A DNA stretch of 64,000 nucleotides from Vulcanococcus sp. GTDB lineage: Bacteria > Cyanobacteriota > Cyanobacteriia > PCC-6307 > Cyanobiaceae. The position numbers and the translations under genes were made by a program. The notes under the pieces are model-generated. The model saw only the letters and a program-made list of their open reading frames with translations. It was not told where the DNA came from and made no database searches. Positions 19,365-29,637 of the stretch are shown here, in pieces; positions within the stretch are counted from its first letter, which is position 1; each line of letters opens with the position of its first letter. The DNA is taken from the NCBI RefSeq assembly GCF_049418265.1, contig NZ_JBMSIW010000001.1; one strand, 5' to 3'.

Positions 19365-20729
19365 ATGGTGGATTCGGCCTCCGGCGATCGCGGACACCCC
19401 CCGGAGCAGTGGGGTTCCTCCCTTGGTTTCGTCCTGGCCGCCGCCGGCAGTGCGGTGGGCCTGGGAAATCTCTGGGGCTTTGCCTATCGCGCCTCCCAAG
19501 GCGGAGGGGCTGCCTTTGTGCTCCTCTATGTGCTGATCGTCGCGCTCGTCTGCCTGCCGGTGCTGGTGGCCGAGATGGTGCTGGGCCGCAGCACCGGGCA
19601 TTCCCCCCTGGTGGCGCCGATCACCGCCGGCGGCCGCCGCTGGGCACCGCTGGGCTGGCTTTATATCGCTGCCTCCGTCGGGATCCTCAGCTACTACGCC
19701 GTGCTGATGGGCTGGACCGGCCGCAGCCTGCTGCACGCCATCAGCGCGCCCCTGCCCGCGGACATGGCCTCAGCCGAGGCCTTCTTCGCTGGTATCAGCA
19801 GTGGCGGTGACGCCGTGCTCGGCCACCTGCTCAGCCTCGCCCTCACCGGTGTGGTGGTTGCCGCTGGCGTCAAGGCGGGCATTGAGCGCCTCTCGCGCTG
19901 GGGCATGCCGCTGCTGTTTGTCCTGCTGTTGGCCCTGCTGGTTTGGGCCTCCTTCCTGCCCGGTGCCCACCGCGGCTACAGCGAGTTCCTGCTGCGCTGG
20001 GATGCCAGCAAGCTCACCGACCTCACCACCATCCGCAACGCCTTCACCCAGGCCTTCTTCTCAATCGGCGCTGGCATCGGCTGCATCCTGGCCTACGCCT
20101 CCTACCTGGATCGCCGCAGCGGCATCCCCGGTGAAGCCGCCGCCGTGGTGGGCATGGACACCGCCGTGGGGCTGATGGCCGGCTGTGTCACCTTCCCGAT
20201 CGTCGCCAGCTTTGCCCTGGGCGATGTGGTCAGCGGCAGCACCGTCGGCACCCTCTTCATCGCTCTGCCCACCGGCCTGGCGTCCCTCGGTGGGGCCGGT
20301 CGTCTCGTGGCGGCGGCGTTCTTCCTGCTGGCCTACGTCGCCGCGATCACCTCCTCGGTCTCGCTGCTGGAGGTCCCCGTGAGCTCCGCCATGGATCGTC
20401 TGGGCTGGAGCCGCCGCCGGGCCGTCTGGCTGATGGTGCTCGTGATTGCCGTGATCGGTCTCCCCTCGGCCCTCGATGTGGCTGTGCTCGAGCGCATGGA
20501 TGCCATCTTTGGCGGTGTCTGCCTGATCGCCGGCGGCCTGCTGATGGCGCTCTTGATGGGTTGGCGTGCGCCCGATCGCTTCCGCCAGGACCTGCAGGAG
20601 TCGGGGACCTCGCCCCGCCTGCTGCGCTACCTGCAGCTCGGTCTGCGCTGGGTCTCTGTGCCAGTCATCAGCCTTGGCCTGGTGGTCTCCATCGTCGATC
20701 TGCTGCGCAGTTGGTCGCCCGCGAGCTGA
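19365..20729 (+). CDS. sodium-dependent transporter, NSS/SNF family
   Basis: GSAVGLGNLWGF, GGGAAF, QAFFSIG. Confidence 0.92.
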   Translation: MVDSASGDRGHPPEQWGSSLGFVLAAAGSAVGLGNLWGFAYRASQGGGAAFVLLYVLIVALVCLPVLVAEMVLGRSTGHSPLVAPITAGGRRWAPLGWLYIAASVGILSYYAVLMGWTGRSLLHAISAPLPADMASAEAFFAGISSGGDAVLGHLLSLALTGVVVAAGVKAGIERLSRWGMPLLFVLLLALLVWASFLPGAHRGYSEFLLRWDASKLTDLTTIRNAFTQAFFSIGAGIGCILAYASYLDRRSGIPGEAAAVVGMDTAVGLMAGCVTFPIVASFALGDVVSGSTVGTLFIALPTGLASLGGAGRLVAAAFFLLAYVAAITSSVSLLEVPVSSAMDRLGWSRRRAVWLMVLVIAVIGLPSALDVAVLERMDAIFGGVCLIAGGLLMALLMGWRAPDRFRQDLQESGTSPRLLRYLQLGLRWVSVPVISLGLVVSIVDLLRSWSPAS

Positions 20730-20769
20730 GCTGGCAAAGGCTTAACTGGGCGCAGACATCGGCCCCTCC

Positions 20770-20985
20770 ATGGCGATCGGACCCCAGTGGCTTCAACGCT
20801 TCAACTTCATTGAGCGAGCCAAGCTGGAGCGCCAGCTCTGGGATGCCTTTGAGCGAGGTGAAGCGATTGAGCAGCTGGTGGAGCAGTGCGAACCGGGCTT
20901 TCAGAAGGAGGTCTGGAGCACCACGGCCGTTCGCATTCGCAAGATCGAGCAGATGATGAAGGATCAGCAGGCGCCGAAGGGCTGA
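20770..20985 (+). CDS. small hypothetical protein
   Basis: 71-aa ORF with strong host codon usage. Confidence 0.65.
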   Translation: MAIGPQWLQRFNFIERAKLERQLWDAFERGEAIEQLVEQCEPGFQKEVWSTTAVRIRKIEQMMKDQQAPKG

Positions 20986-20988
20986 GGC

Positions 20989-21726
20989 TCAGTCGATCGC
21001 TGTGGCCTGACGCACGGCGGTTGGTGGCCCGTTGCGATTGCTCCCCGGTGCCCAGTGCTGCAACTCCAGGCGGGAGCCGGGGCTCAGGCTCATGGCTGTG
21101 CGCCAGCCACTGATCCAGTCGATCACCACCGTGCTGCCGCTCAGGCGCCACACTCCACCGGCGTTGGCATCGATGTCGTTGAAGGCCAGGCCGTTGGAGA
21201 GCAGCGTGGCGGTGTAGGGCTTCAGATCGGCCTGGGCCGGTGGGAAGCGGTAGACACCCACCGCATCAGCGGCGGTGCCCTTCAGCTTCACGGCGGTGCC
21301 GAAATTGGTGGGGATGCTGTCGCGCATCTGGCCGGGTTTCCAGGAGGCATGGCTCAGGCCGCTGGGCCCCACATAGATCCAGTCGCTCCAGCCGTTGGTG
21401 TAGTCCACGCGGATGCCGTTGCCCCAGGGCTGCCAGCGGCCCAGTTCGCGGAACTGGGCCTTGCCGAGGCGTTCGGCGCCCGCCATCGGCACACCAGCGG
21501 TGCCGATCGTGCTCACGGCCCGGCCACCGGCGTTCACGCGCACGTTGAAGAGGTTGTTGTTGCTATCGGTGAGCGCCCACACGCCCAGGTAGGTGGTGCT
21601 CGCAGGCGCCGTGGTGGAGCTGTTCAGGCTCGGCCGCGCTTGTGCGGCGGCTGGTGGACAGGCAGCGATTGCGCCCGTGAGGCCGATCAGGCTGCTGATC
21701 AACAGCGGGGCAACGGAGCGGTGCAT
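20989..21726 (-). CDS. hypothetical secreted protein with two-fold internal repeat (start may be 21780)
   Basis: Signal-peptide-like MHRSVAPLLISSLIGL..AAAQA; two GVW/GVY..GxW..DY/DW..GW..WxPG modules. Confidence 0.7.
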   Translation of the reverse strand: MHRSVAPLLISSLIGLTGAIAACPPAAAQARPSLNSSTTAPASTTYLGVWALTDSNNNLFNVRVNAGGRAVSTIGTAGVPMAGAERLGKAQFRELGRWQPWGNGIRVDYTNGWSDWIYVGPSGLSHASWKPGQMRDSIPTNFGTAVKLKGTAADAVGVYRFPPAQADLKPYTATLLSNGLAFNDIDANAGGVWRLSGSTVVIDWISGWRTAMSLSPGSRLELQHWAPGSNRNGPPTAVRQATAID

Positions 21727-21764
21727 CGGGAGCGGTCGCAGGCTGCCCCCATCCTGTGCAGGGT

Positions 21765-23204
21765 TCAGCGGCGCAGCCACTCGGTGAGGCCGCCGGGTTT
21801 ATCGATCAGCTCGATCCCCTGAGCTTGGAGCTCATCACGAATGCGGTCGGCGGTGGCGAAATCCTTGGCGGCCTTGGCGGCCTTGCGGGCCTCGATCTGC
21901 GCTTGGATCTGGGCGCTGATCTCGTCGTCGCTGAGCCCAGCCCCGGCCGAGGGGTGGGCGGCGGCTTCATGGCGCAGGCCCAGCACGCCGGCGAGTTCCA
22001 CCAGCAGAGCGAGCTGCGGGGCCAGTTCGGCCACTTCGGCGTGATCGCCCCGCTCGATGCGATTGGCGAGGGCCCGCAGGGGTTTGGCCAGCTCAAACAG
22101 CACCGCCAGGGCGGCGGAGGTGTTGAGGTCATCGTCCATGGCGGCCGCGAAGCGCTCACGGGCCGCGGCGAGATCCGCTGAGAGTTGAGTCGATTCGCAG
22201 GTGGAGTCAGCGGCCAGCCCCAGGGCGGCGTTCAGACCCTTCCAGCCGGTGGCCGCAGCCTCGAGGGCTTCGCCGGTGAAATCGAGCGGTTTGCGGTAGT
22301 GGGCCTGCAGGGTGAAGAGCCGCAGGGTCATCGCTGAGACCCCTGAATCCAGCAGGGCCCGGATGGTGGTGAAGTTGCCCAGGGACTTCGACATCTTCTG
22401 GCCGCCCACGTTGACCATGCCGTTGTGGAGCCAGTAGTGGGCCAGCTCTTTGCCGGTGGCCGCTTCCGACTGGGCGATTTCGTTTTCGTGGTGGGGGAAG
22501 ACCAGATCGGCGCCGCCCAGGTGAATGTCGATGGTTTCGCCCAGCTCTTCGCGCACCATTGCGGAGCACTCGATGTGCCAGCCCGGGCGGCCTTGCCCCC
22601 AGGGGGAGGGGAAGCTGGGCTCGCCGGGTTTGGCGCCCTTCCAGAGGGCGAAATCAAAGGGGTGCTGCTTGCGGGCCTCTTCCTCGGAGGCGACGCGGCC
22701 GGCGGCGTTGTCCTGCTGCTGCTCCAGATCGCGGCCGCTGAGCTTGCCGTAGCCGGCGTGTTTCATCACGGCGAAATACACATCGCCATCGGCGGAGTAG
22801 GCGGCGCCTTTGGCCTCCAGCTCGCTGATCAGGGCCCGGATCGCATCAAGGCTGCGGGTGGCCCGCGGCATGCGGTCGGCCGGAAGGATGTTGAGCCGCG
22901 CCATGTCGGCCACGAAGGCCTCGATGTTGCGCTCGCTCACCGCCTCCATCGAGCTGCCTTCTTCGGCGGCGCGGTTGAGGATCTTGTCGTCGATGTCGGT
23001 GTAGTTCTGCACGAACGTCACCGCGTAGCCGCTCCAGATCAGGTAGCGGCGCAGCACGTCCCAGGCGATGTAGCTGCGGGCATGGCCCAGGTGGCAGAGG
23101 TCATAGACCGTGACACCGCAGCAGTAGATGCTCACCTTGCCGGGCTCCAGCGGCCGGAAGTCCTCAACGCGGCGGGTGAGGGTGTTGGTGAGGCGCAGGG
23201 TCAC
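21765..23204 (-). CDS. cysS: cysteine--tRNA ligase
   Basis: [39 protein letters not shown]; GTG start at 23204. Confidence 0.97.
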   Translation of the reverse strand: MTLRLTNTLTRRVEDFRPLEPGKVSIYCCGVTVYDLCHLGHARSYIAWDVLRRYLIWSGYAVTFVQNYTDIDDKILNRAAEEGSSMEAVSERNIEAFVADMARLNILPADRMPRATRSLDAIRALISELEAKGAAYSADGDVYFAVMKHAGYGKLSGRDLEQQQDNAAGRVASEEEARKQHPFDFALWKGAKPGEPSFPSPWGQGRPGWHIECSAMVREELGETIDIHLGGADLVFPHHENEIAQSEAATGKELAHYWLHNGMVNVGGQKMSKSLGNFTTIRALLDSGVSAMTLRLFTLQAHYRKPLDFTGEALEAAATGWKGLNAALGLAADSTCESTQLSADLAAARERFAAAMDDDLNTSAALAVLFELAKPLRALANRIERGDHAEVAELAPQLALLVELAGVLGLRHEAAAHPSAGAGLSDDEISAQIQAQIEARKAAKAAKDFATADRIRDELQAQGIELIDKPGGLTEWLRR

Positions 23205-23502
23205 AGGTGCGGTCGAGCTGAGGTCCGGGCCGCATGGATCGTGGCACACGTGCTGACACACATCCGCCGGCCCAATCAGGCCAAACGGACGAAGAGACAC
23301 CTTGAGTCAGTCCAGTCTTGATGCCGCTTTGAGGCGAGTGAGACTGCGGCGCGCTGGTCGGCGCTCGCTTCGGATCAAGCCTCTTTCCTGTGCAGATCTG
23401 CTTGGCTCTGCGTTGCTGTTCTCGGTGATCTCTAGGTACGACCAGTTGTCCTGGTCCAAGGTGATCTCAACAGCACATCTGGGCTTGCAGGTGGAGCCTG
23501 AG

Positions 23503-24426
23503 ATGGCCGCCTGGCTGTCGCGACTCCAGCTGAATCGAGACTCAGCTTTTGGTGGGCCGAGGATCCGCGATGTGCAGGTCGAAACCTATCGGGGTTCACA
23601 GCTCACCGTCCTCAAGATGTCGGCGGCTGGGATCTCTGATCTGCGCTTTCGTCATCATCCCGCCATGGTGAGCGTCGTGATCCCAACCCGGGGCCGCTTT
23701 CAGGGCGTGGCAGCCGGACGTTCTTTCACGGCGGTGCTCAATCAAGTGGGCTGTGTGCTGCTCCCGGACGATCCGCTCGCGTTGACTGCGGGATCCGATG
23801 TGCTGTCGGCTCTGGTGATGCAGCTGCCGCTGCAGGGCCTTCTGGATCTCTGCCGACGCCAGGGTGTCGCCCAGCCCAATCTGCACCTGTTGCTGGATGC
23901 CCTGGCGGGACAGGAAAGGTTGTTACTGGCTTGCTGCGAGCGGTTGCTGCAGTTGGCACTCCGGCCCGAGGGTGAAGCGCGCTCCACATTGGCGTTGCCA
24001 CTTGAAGCCTCCGTGCTTGCGGTGATGGCAAGCGGGCTGGTGGGGCGTGATCAGTTGCCGCACGGTTCTGTGCAGGATGCCCATGCTCTGCATGTGGAGC
24101 GTGCCATGGCTTACATGGAAAGCCACATGTCCGAGGTGATCGCTCTGCAGGATCTGTGTCAGTCCTGCTACATCTCTGCGCGCACACTTCAGGTGTCGTT
24201 TCAAAAGGTGCGTGGCTGCACGCCTCTGCAGGCCCTTCAGGAGATCCGTCTGGCCAGTCTGCGGAAGCATCTTTTGAAGCGCCTTGATTTAAGAGAAGCC
24301 TGCGCGTTGGTGGGTTTGCCTCCCACAGGACGGATGGCTGCCAATTACAAACGACTGTTCGGTGAACTGCCGAGTCGGACCCGCCAGCGCGCAGGCCGGG
24401 TGATTAGTCGGGTAGACGGTTTGTGA
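23503..24426 (+). CDS. AraC-family transcriptional regulator (start uncertain; frame open from 23302)
   Basis: C-terminal double HTH: IALQDLC..ISARTLQVSF..GCTPLQAL..YKRLFGELPS. Confidence 0.85.
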   Translation: MAAWLSRLQLNRDSAFGGPRIRDVQVETYRGSQLTVLKMSAAGISDLRFRHHPAMVSVVIPTRGRFQGVAAGRSFTAVLNQVGCVLLPDDPLALTAGSDVLSALVMQLPLQGLLDLCRRQGVAQPNLHLLLDALAGQERLLLACCERLLQLALRPEGEARSTLALPLEASVLAVMASGLVGRDQLPHGSVQDAHALHVERAMAYMESHMSEVIALQDLCQSCYISARTLQVSFQKVRGCTPLQALQEIRLASLRKHLLKRLDLREACALVGLPPTGRMAANYKRLFGELPSRTRQRAGRVISRVDGL

Positions 24427-24631
24427 GCTCCTGCAGCAGGGTTCGATGGGCGATGCTCAGATAATCAACATCGCGCCGAAGCCTGGTGATCTGTGTTTCA
24501 CAGTCGTAGGCAGCTTTGACCAGTTTCTGGGCTTCATCGCTGAGATCTGCAATCGGATAGCTCCGATCACCGATGGTGAGTGTCGCGGCTGGGGTGCCGT
24601 TCTCTGTACGGGTGATGGTGGGTTGTTCCAT
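24404..24631 (-). CDS. small DUF6447-like coiled-coil protein, last gene of the T1SS operon
   Basis: TLTIGDRSYPIADLSDEAQKL followed by a coiled coil; family recalled, not searched. Confidence 0.65.
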   Translation of the reverse strand: MEQPTITRTENGTPAATLTIGDRSYPIADLSDEAQKLVKAAYDCETQITRLRRDVDYLSIAHRTLLQELTNRLPD

Positions 24632-24717
24632 AACTTGGGAATGAAGGTAGGAATGTCCGATGTCGCTGTGCCTGATGAGCCGGTTCACCATTCAGGGCGA
24701 GCGTGATCGTGTACACA

Positions 24718-25836
24718 TCAGTGTCGCTCTGCCATCGGTTTGAAGATGTCCTCAAGAAAATCAAAAACAACAGCAATCACTGGTTTTTCATGCAGCACAA
24801 CCCGGGCGGTGATGCCCATTCCAGATCGCAGAGATTCCGCCGGGTAATGCTCTGGAATACCGCTTTTGTTAATACGAATTCGGGCGATGTAGGCCTGTGC
24901 CTGCCCCTTGCCGTCCAACGCAGATGTGGTGGGAGACAATGATTCAATAACACCTCGAAGTGTGCCGTGTTCATTGGCTGGAAAGGCATCCACGGTGATC
25001 TCTGCCCGTTTACCCCGTTGGATGGGTGCTGCCAATTTGGATGACACTTGCACCGAGGCAATCAGGCCATCACTGGGCACCACTTTCGCGAGAACTTCAC
25101 CTTGGTCCACCCGTTGACCAGTCACCTGAACGGCCAGTTGCTGCAGCGATCCACCAATGGGCGAAACCACATCGAATTGTGCTGAGCGGTCGCGCAACTC
25201 CCGTAGTTGCATGCTCAGGTCATTGATCTCGATCCTGCGCTGTAGATCCAACTTGGCTTTCTCTTCCAGCAGGGCCTGGTGCTCGGCTTTGCTTTGAAAG
25301 AGCTCGTTTTCCTTGTCGAGCAACTGCACCTCCTGCGCGGAACCCTGCTGCACCAGATTTCGCAGCCTGGCCACCAGGCCGGTGTTCAATTGGATACGTG
25401 CCTTGGCTTGACTGAGGCGGATGGCAAAGGCGAGGTCATCACGTTGTCCCTTTTGCTTGAGGAGTTCAAGCTTGAGGGGAATACTCTCCAGTCTTGGCTG
25501 TAAATCACCACGGCTTAGGGTGAATAAGACTTGCCCTTGTTGCACCATTTGGTGTTGCACGGCATTCACCCGTTCCACCACGGCTGAATCGGGACTTTTG
25601 ATGCTGGCCTCCGCGCGTATCGTCTCCAGCTGTCCAGGCAGATTGCTGGTTTCTTCAATGCGGCTGAGGCATGACCAGCTCAGCAAGGCTAGAGAACCCA
25701 GCCCCAGCGACCAGATCAGGGCGCGGCTCCAGCGCGGGGGAGGCGTGAGCAGCATCTGGTGACTGGCTGTCGCGTCATTAGCTTGTTGCAGCTTGAGTTT
25801 GGTTAGTTGTCTTAGGTCGGTTAATAGTGATTTCAT
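24718..25836 (-). CDS. HlyD-family secretion membrane fusion protein
   Basis: N-terminal TM, coiled coil, VVSPIGG, VDAFP, LRSGMG. Confidence 0.9.
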   Translation of the reverse strand: MKSLLTDLRQLTKLKLQQANDATASHQMLLTPPPRWSRALIWSLGLGSLALLSWSCLSRIEETSNLPGQLETIRAEASIKSPDSAVVERVNAVQHQMVQQGQVLFTLSRGDLQPRLESIPLKLELLKQKGQRDDLAFAIRLSQAKARIQLNTGLVARLRNLVQQGSAQEVQLLDKENELFQSKAEHQALLEEKAKLDLQRRIEINDLSMQLRELRDRSAQFDVVSPIGGSLQQLAVQVTGQRVDQGEVLAKVVPSDGLIASVQVSSKLAAPIQRGKRAEITVDAFPANEHGTLRGVIESLSPTTSALDGKGQAQAYIARIRINKSGIPEHYPAESLRSGMGITARVVLHEKPVIAVVFDFLEDIFKPMAERH

Positions 25837-28749
25837 TTAGCCTCCAAACTGTTGTTGATAAAGGGCGTAGTAGCGACCTGATTGGGCCATTAATTCTTCA
25901 TGAGTGCCTACGGAGTCGATGCGGCTGTTGTGCATCAGGACAATTTGATCGGCATGAATCAGTGTGGAGAGTCGGTGGGTGATCATCAGTAGGGTGCGGC
26001 CTTTGGCGTGGCTTCGAAGATTCCTCACAACCTGCTGTTCTGTATCCACATCGAGGGCACTTGTGGCCTCATCCAAAATCATCAAACTGGGGTTTTGCAG
26101 CAGCATTCGCGCCAGGGCAATCCGTTGCCGTTGTCCACCAGATAGACCTCCTCCCTTTTCTCCAACCGGAGTGCTGTAGCCATAGGGAAGTCCCATGATG
26201 AAGTCGTGGGCACAGGCAAGGCGTGCCGCTTCTACCACCTGATCCGTTGCGGCTTCCGGATCGGCTACGGCGATGTTGGAGTAGATCGAACCTTCGAATA
26301 GCAGGCAGTCCTGTGGAATAAATCCCAGCTGCCTGCGTAGGGAGTAGAGCTCAACCTTGCTGACATCCAGGCCGTCAATGAGTACTTTTCCTCGGCTTGG
26401 TTCATAGAGCCTGGGAATCAACTTGAGCAGGGTGCTCTTGCCGCAGCCGCTTTGCCCTACCAGACCCGTAAAGCTTCCCTTGGGGATCGTCAAGCTCACC
26501 CCGGACAGCTGTCCGCCACTGGTGGCTCCGTAACTAAAGCTCACCTGATCGAAGCGAATCGTCCCTTCGATTGGGGGCATGCTGATGTTCGCGTCTTCGA
26601 TGTCCTCGGTTTCTAGGGGTTGGTTCACCAGATCCCCCAGCCGTTCCACGGCTAGAGAGACCTCCTGGAAGTTCTGCCAGGTGCCAGCTAGACGCAGGAT
26701 CGGTTGGGTCACATAGCCGCTGATGATCCGAAACGCGATCAGACCGCCCAGTGTCAGCTGGTTCTGCAGAACCAGCCATGCCCCCACGGTGATCACCAGA
26801 ATGTTGCTGCTTTTATTGATCAACTGCAGGGCGTTGGAGCTGGCCGTGTTGGCTAGAACCGAGCGAAATCCCTTGTTGATGCCATCGAGGTGCCGGTCTT
26901 CCCAGTTCCGCCTTGTCGTCAACTCACTGTTTTGCACCTTCACGGTCTGGATGCCATTTAGCACTTCCACCATGTAGGACTGGGTTCTTGAGTACGCCTC
27001 AGCGCGCTGCCGGATCAGGCGCTGGGTAATCGGTGTCAGGCCAAGAATGACTAGCAGTAGTAGTGGAATACTTCCGAGGATGATGCCGGCAAGAATCGGC
27101 GAGTAGAAAAACATCACCCCGAAGTAGAGCATCGCAAACAGTGCATCGAGGACCACCGTGAGTGCAGTGCCAGTAAGGAAGCTGCGGATCTTGTCGAGTT
27201 CATTGAGGCGGCTGGCCAGCTCGCCTACGGGATGCTTTTCGAAATAGCGAATATTGAGTCTCAGCAGGCGGGAAATAATTGCCGAGCCCAGGCTGATATC
27301 AACCCTGTTGGAGATCTCCATGAACTGGAAGGTGCGCAGATTACTGAAGATCAGTTCCAGAACCATTAGCAGCACCATCACCACCGCAAAGCCGCCGAGC
27401 GCATTCACCGAACCCTGGCCAATGACCCGGTCGATGATCTGTTGAAAGAGCAGTGGTGTCGCCAGGGCAAAGAGTTGCGCCAGAAAGCTCGAGATGAAGA
27501 CCTCCACAAGTCCAACCTTGTAGCGGCTCAGGAAGGGCAGGACCCAGCTCAGGCCAAAGCGCTGCTGTGGTGTATGCCGGCCCGCGCTGATGGTCACAGC
27601 CTTTAGATCCGAACCGAACCGCTCGCTCAGGACCTCACCATTGAGTCGCTCAGCCTTTGTGTTGGGGTTGAGAATTAAGAGGCCGGATCCATTGGCTTCA
27701 ATAATGAGGCTCGGATTTTGCTGGGGATCCAGAATCACGGCAGGCGTGGGCAGACGGCTGGCATCGGCAGCCCGAAACGTCACGATTCGCCCGGCCAGCC
27801 CGAACTGATCCGCCACGCTCACCAGCTTTTCCAGGCTGAGGTTCTGTTCGCTGGCGGCGAGAAAATGTCCTGCTTTGCGCAGGTTGTCTCGCCGCATGGG
27901 TAGCCCGTAGAACTGGGCCAGCATCGTGAGCACAGCGGTATGGCACTCCGCCGCCGTACCGCCACCCACGGGGCGAAACCCGAGTTGTCGGATCTGCTGA
28001 GCAAGGCTTGGTTGCTGTTGCTCCAGTGCTGTGGTCTGGCTGTCGGGCGCTGCGTTGGTCGGGGCGTCCCCACGGTCAATCGGTCGTAGCCCGGCGGGGC
28101 GTCTGGAGTGCTCTTCCTTGGGATGTTCAGCGTCGCTCCAGATCAGAACGCGCGGCTTCTCCTCACCCAGGAAGCAGCGAATCGCCTCCGATGTGACCAG
28201 CTGTCCGTAATGAAACCCTTTTGTGGAGCGATCGGCATAAATTAGTGGTCCTTTTGGTTCGCTTTTTGGTGGTGGATCTCCTGTGGGCAATATCTGCCAG
28301 CGCCGCAGGTAGATCTCCGGAGTCTGCTGGTCCTCTGGCACATTGATCCCATAGCCCTGGATGTATTTCTGGATCAGAGGCAGTTCACTGGGGGAGAGGC
28401 CGCTGCGTAAATGATCCAGAACTGCTTCCTCCAGTTTTGGATGCAAGGGAAGTGTCCCAAGCACGATGGCTTCGCAGTCTGTGGAGGCCATCAGCTCTTC
28501 GCCCAAGTCGGTGTTCAGCAGGCTCAGTGCACCGCAGAGATAGGGGCTTTCCGGTCGCAGCACGGTGTGGCTGCCAAAGAGACGATCAGGATCTAGAAGC
28601 CTGCAATGGCCTTGTACCACCAGCAGCACTTCCGGGCTTGAGCCACTGGTCTGTAGGACCGATCCTGCGGGAAATCGGCGATGGTCACAATCCAGTTGTT
28701 GTGCCAGAGAGCGCAAGGCATCTGCATTCGCCGTTGTGAGTTGCATCAC
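25837..28749 (-). CDS. HlyB-type type I secretion ABC transporter (cNMP-like, C39-like, TM and ATPase domains)
   Basis: Walker A GQSGCGKST, LSGGQRQRIALAR, ILDEATSALD, ITHRL; PLLFQQIID TM domain. Confidence 0.93.
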   Translation of the reverse strand: MMQLTTANADALRSLAQQLDCDHRRFPAGSVLQTSGSSPEVLLVVQGHCRLLDPDRLFGSHTVLRPESPYLCGALSLLNTDLGEELMASTDCEAIVLGTLPLHPKLEEAVLDHLRSGLSPSELPLIQKYIQGYGINVPEDQQTPEIYLRRWQILPTGDPPPKSEPKGPLIYADRSTKGFHYGQLVTSEAIRCFLGEEKPRVLIWSDAEHPKEEHSRRPAGLRPIDRGDAPTNAAPDSQTTALEQQQPSLAQQIRQLGFRPVGGGTAAECHTAVLTMLAQFYGLPMRRDNLRKAGHFLAASEQNLSLEKLVSVADQFGLAGRIVTFRAADASRLPTPAVILDPQQNPSLIIEANGSGLLILNPNTKAERLNGEVLSERFGSDLKAVTISAGRHTPQQRFGLSWVLPFLSRYKVGLVEVFISSFLAQLFALATPLLFQQIIDRVIGQGSVNALGGFAVVMVLLMVLELIFSNLRTFQFMEISNRVDISLGSAIISRLLRLNIRYFEKHPVGELASRLNELDKIRSFLTGTALTVVLDALFAMLYFGVMFFYSPILAGIILGSIPLLLLVILGLTPITQRLIRQRAEAYSRTQSYMVEVLNGIQTVKVQNSELTTRRNWEDRHLDGINKGFRSVLANTASSNALQLINKSSNILVITVGAWLVLQNQLTLGGLIAFRIISGYVTQPILRLAGTWQNFQEVSLAVERLGDLVNQPLETEDIEDANISMPPIEGTIRFDQVSFSYGATSGGQLSGVSLTIPKGSFTGLVGQSGCGKSTLLKLIPRLYEPSRGKVLIDGLDVSKVELYSLRRQLGFIPQDCLLFEGSIYSNIAVADPEAATDQVVEAARLACAHDFIMGLPYGYSTPVGEKGGGLSGGQRQRIALARMLLQNPSLMILDEATSALDVDTEQQVVRNLRSHAKGRTLLMITHRLSTLIHADQIVLMHNSRIDSVGTHEELMAQSGRYYALYQQQFGG

Positions 28750-29551
28750 TGAATTGACCCTGCAGCCAGCTCGAGAGTTGTTGCAGTTCGGTCTTGAGAT
28801 CGCCGCAGATCCTCGACTTGAAATTCATTTCCTCGAGGAAGTTTTGCGTATGTGCGTCGTATTCGCTGTCGAACCGGTACTCCAGGCGCAGCAGAGTGTG
28901 CCATTCAGCTGCTTCAAAAGGGCCGATCAACTGGCCGGCCTGAGCCGTGCGCAACCGACCGGCGATCTCCGGATGGGGGGTGGTCAAGTCAACAGGGCCG
29001 ACAATGCCCTGCGTTTTTGCCTCCGGACCCCGTGAATGGAGACGTGCCGCCTCACCGAAGCTGATCTCGCCAGCTTCGATGGCATAGAACAGTTCGCGGC
29101 AGAGGCCCGCATCATCTACGCGAATCAGGCTATACAGCACTCTGTCTAGATTGTCCTTGTAGCGCAGATAGAGTGATTCGACGTTGCCACAGAATTGCTC
29201 GCGGAGTTCTGTGCGGCGCCAGTCATGAATGGCCTCGGAGATGAGATCAGCCCTGCTCATGCCGCGTTGAAGGCACCATTGTTGCTGCTCCTCCTGGTTT
29301 TTGAGACCGTGTTTGCTGCAGTATGTCTTCGTGGCATCTTCGGCAACCTTATTGGGGTCTGACAGGTTGTTGTGTTCAAAGACCACGGCTCTTTCTTTGA
29401 GTTGTCTCAGGAAGGGTTCTGCCAACTCGAAGCGAAATAGCAGTGAAATTAGCTCCACACTGCTGGCATCCTTCAGCGCTGTAAGAAGCGACTCGGCCGT
29501 CAATGTCGAAGGCTCTGCTGTATTCATGATTGGCGAGTTGTTGATTGCCAT
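28685..29551 (-). CDS. PpiC/parvulin-type peptidyl-prolyl isomerase associated with the T1SS (start uncertain: 29608, 29551 or 29527)
   Basis: DRVLYSLIRV..ELFYAIEAGEISFGEAARLHSRGPEAKTQGIVGP, typical of cyanobacterial T1SS-linked PPIases. Confidence 0.85.
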   Translation of the reverse strand: MAINNSPIMNTAEPSTLTAESLLTALKDASSVELISLLFRFELAEPFLRQLKERAVVFEHNNLSDPNKVAEDATKTYCSKHGLKNQEEQQQWCLQRGMSRADLISEAIHDWRRTELREQFCGNVESLYLRYKDNLDRVLYSLIRVDDAGLCRELFYAIEAGEISFGEAARLHSRGPEAKTQGIVGPVDLTTPHPEIAGRLRTAQAGQLIGPFEAAEWHTLLRLEYRFDSEYDAHTQNFLEEMNFKSRICGDLKTELQQLSSWLQGQFSDATHNGECRCLALSGTTTGL

Positions 29552-29561
29552 GTTCGTGATC

Positions 29562-29597
29562 GCAGTCGGTCTGGCAGTCGGTCTGGCAGTAGGTCTG
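29562..29597. repeat. 12-bp tandem repeat x3
   Basis: gcagtcggtctg gcagtcggtctg gcagtaggtctg. Confidence 0.85.
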
Positions 29598-29637
29598 GGA
29601 GTGGTCACGGCGATACTGTTGGTTGTGTTTGATGTGT

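Noticed and set aside
23205-23502. N-terminal extensions of cysS (to 23300) and AraC (from 23302) given by the ORF track
   Set aside because: The extensions look non-homologous and would leave no promoter space; later starts are more plausible
25837-28749. ABC transporter as a bacteriocin/RiPP exporter
   Set aside because: The C39-like domain appears degenerate, and no precursor peptide or modification enzyme is nearby, whereas giant RTX-type substrates are adjacent
28685-28749. 65-nt overlap of the PPIase 3' end with the ABC transporter start as a possible frameshift
   Set aside because: Both ORFs are complete; a read-through tail explains it and there is no evidence of a broken gene
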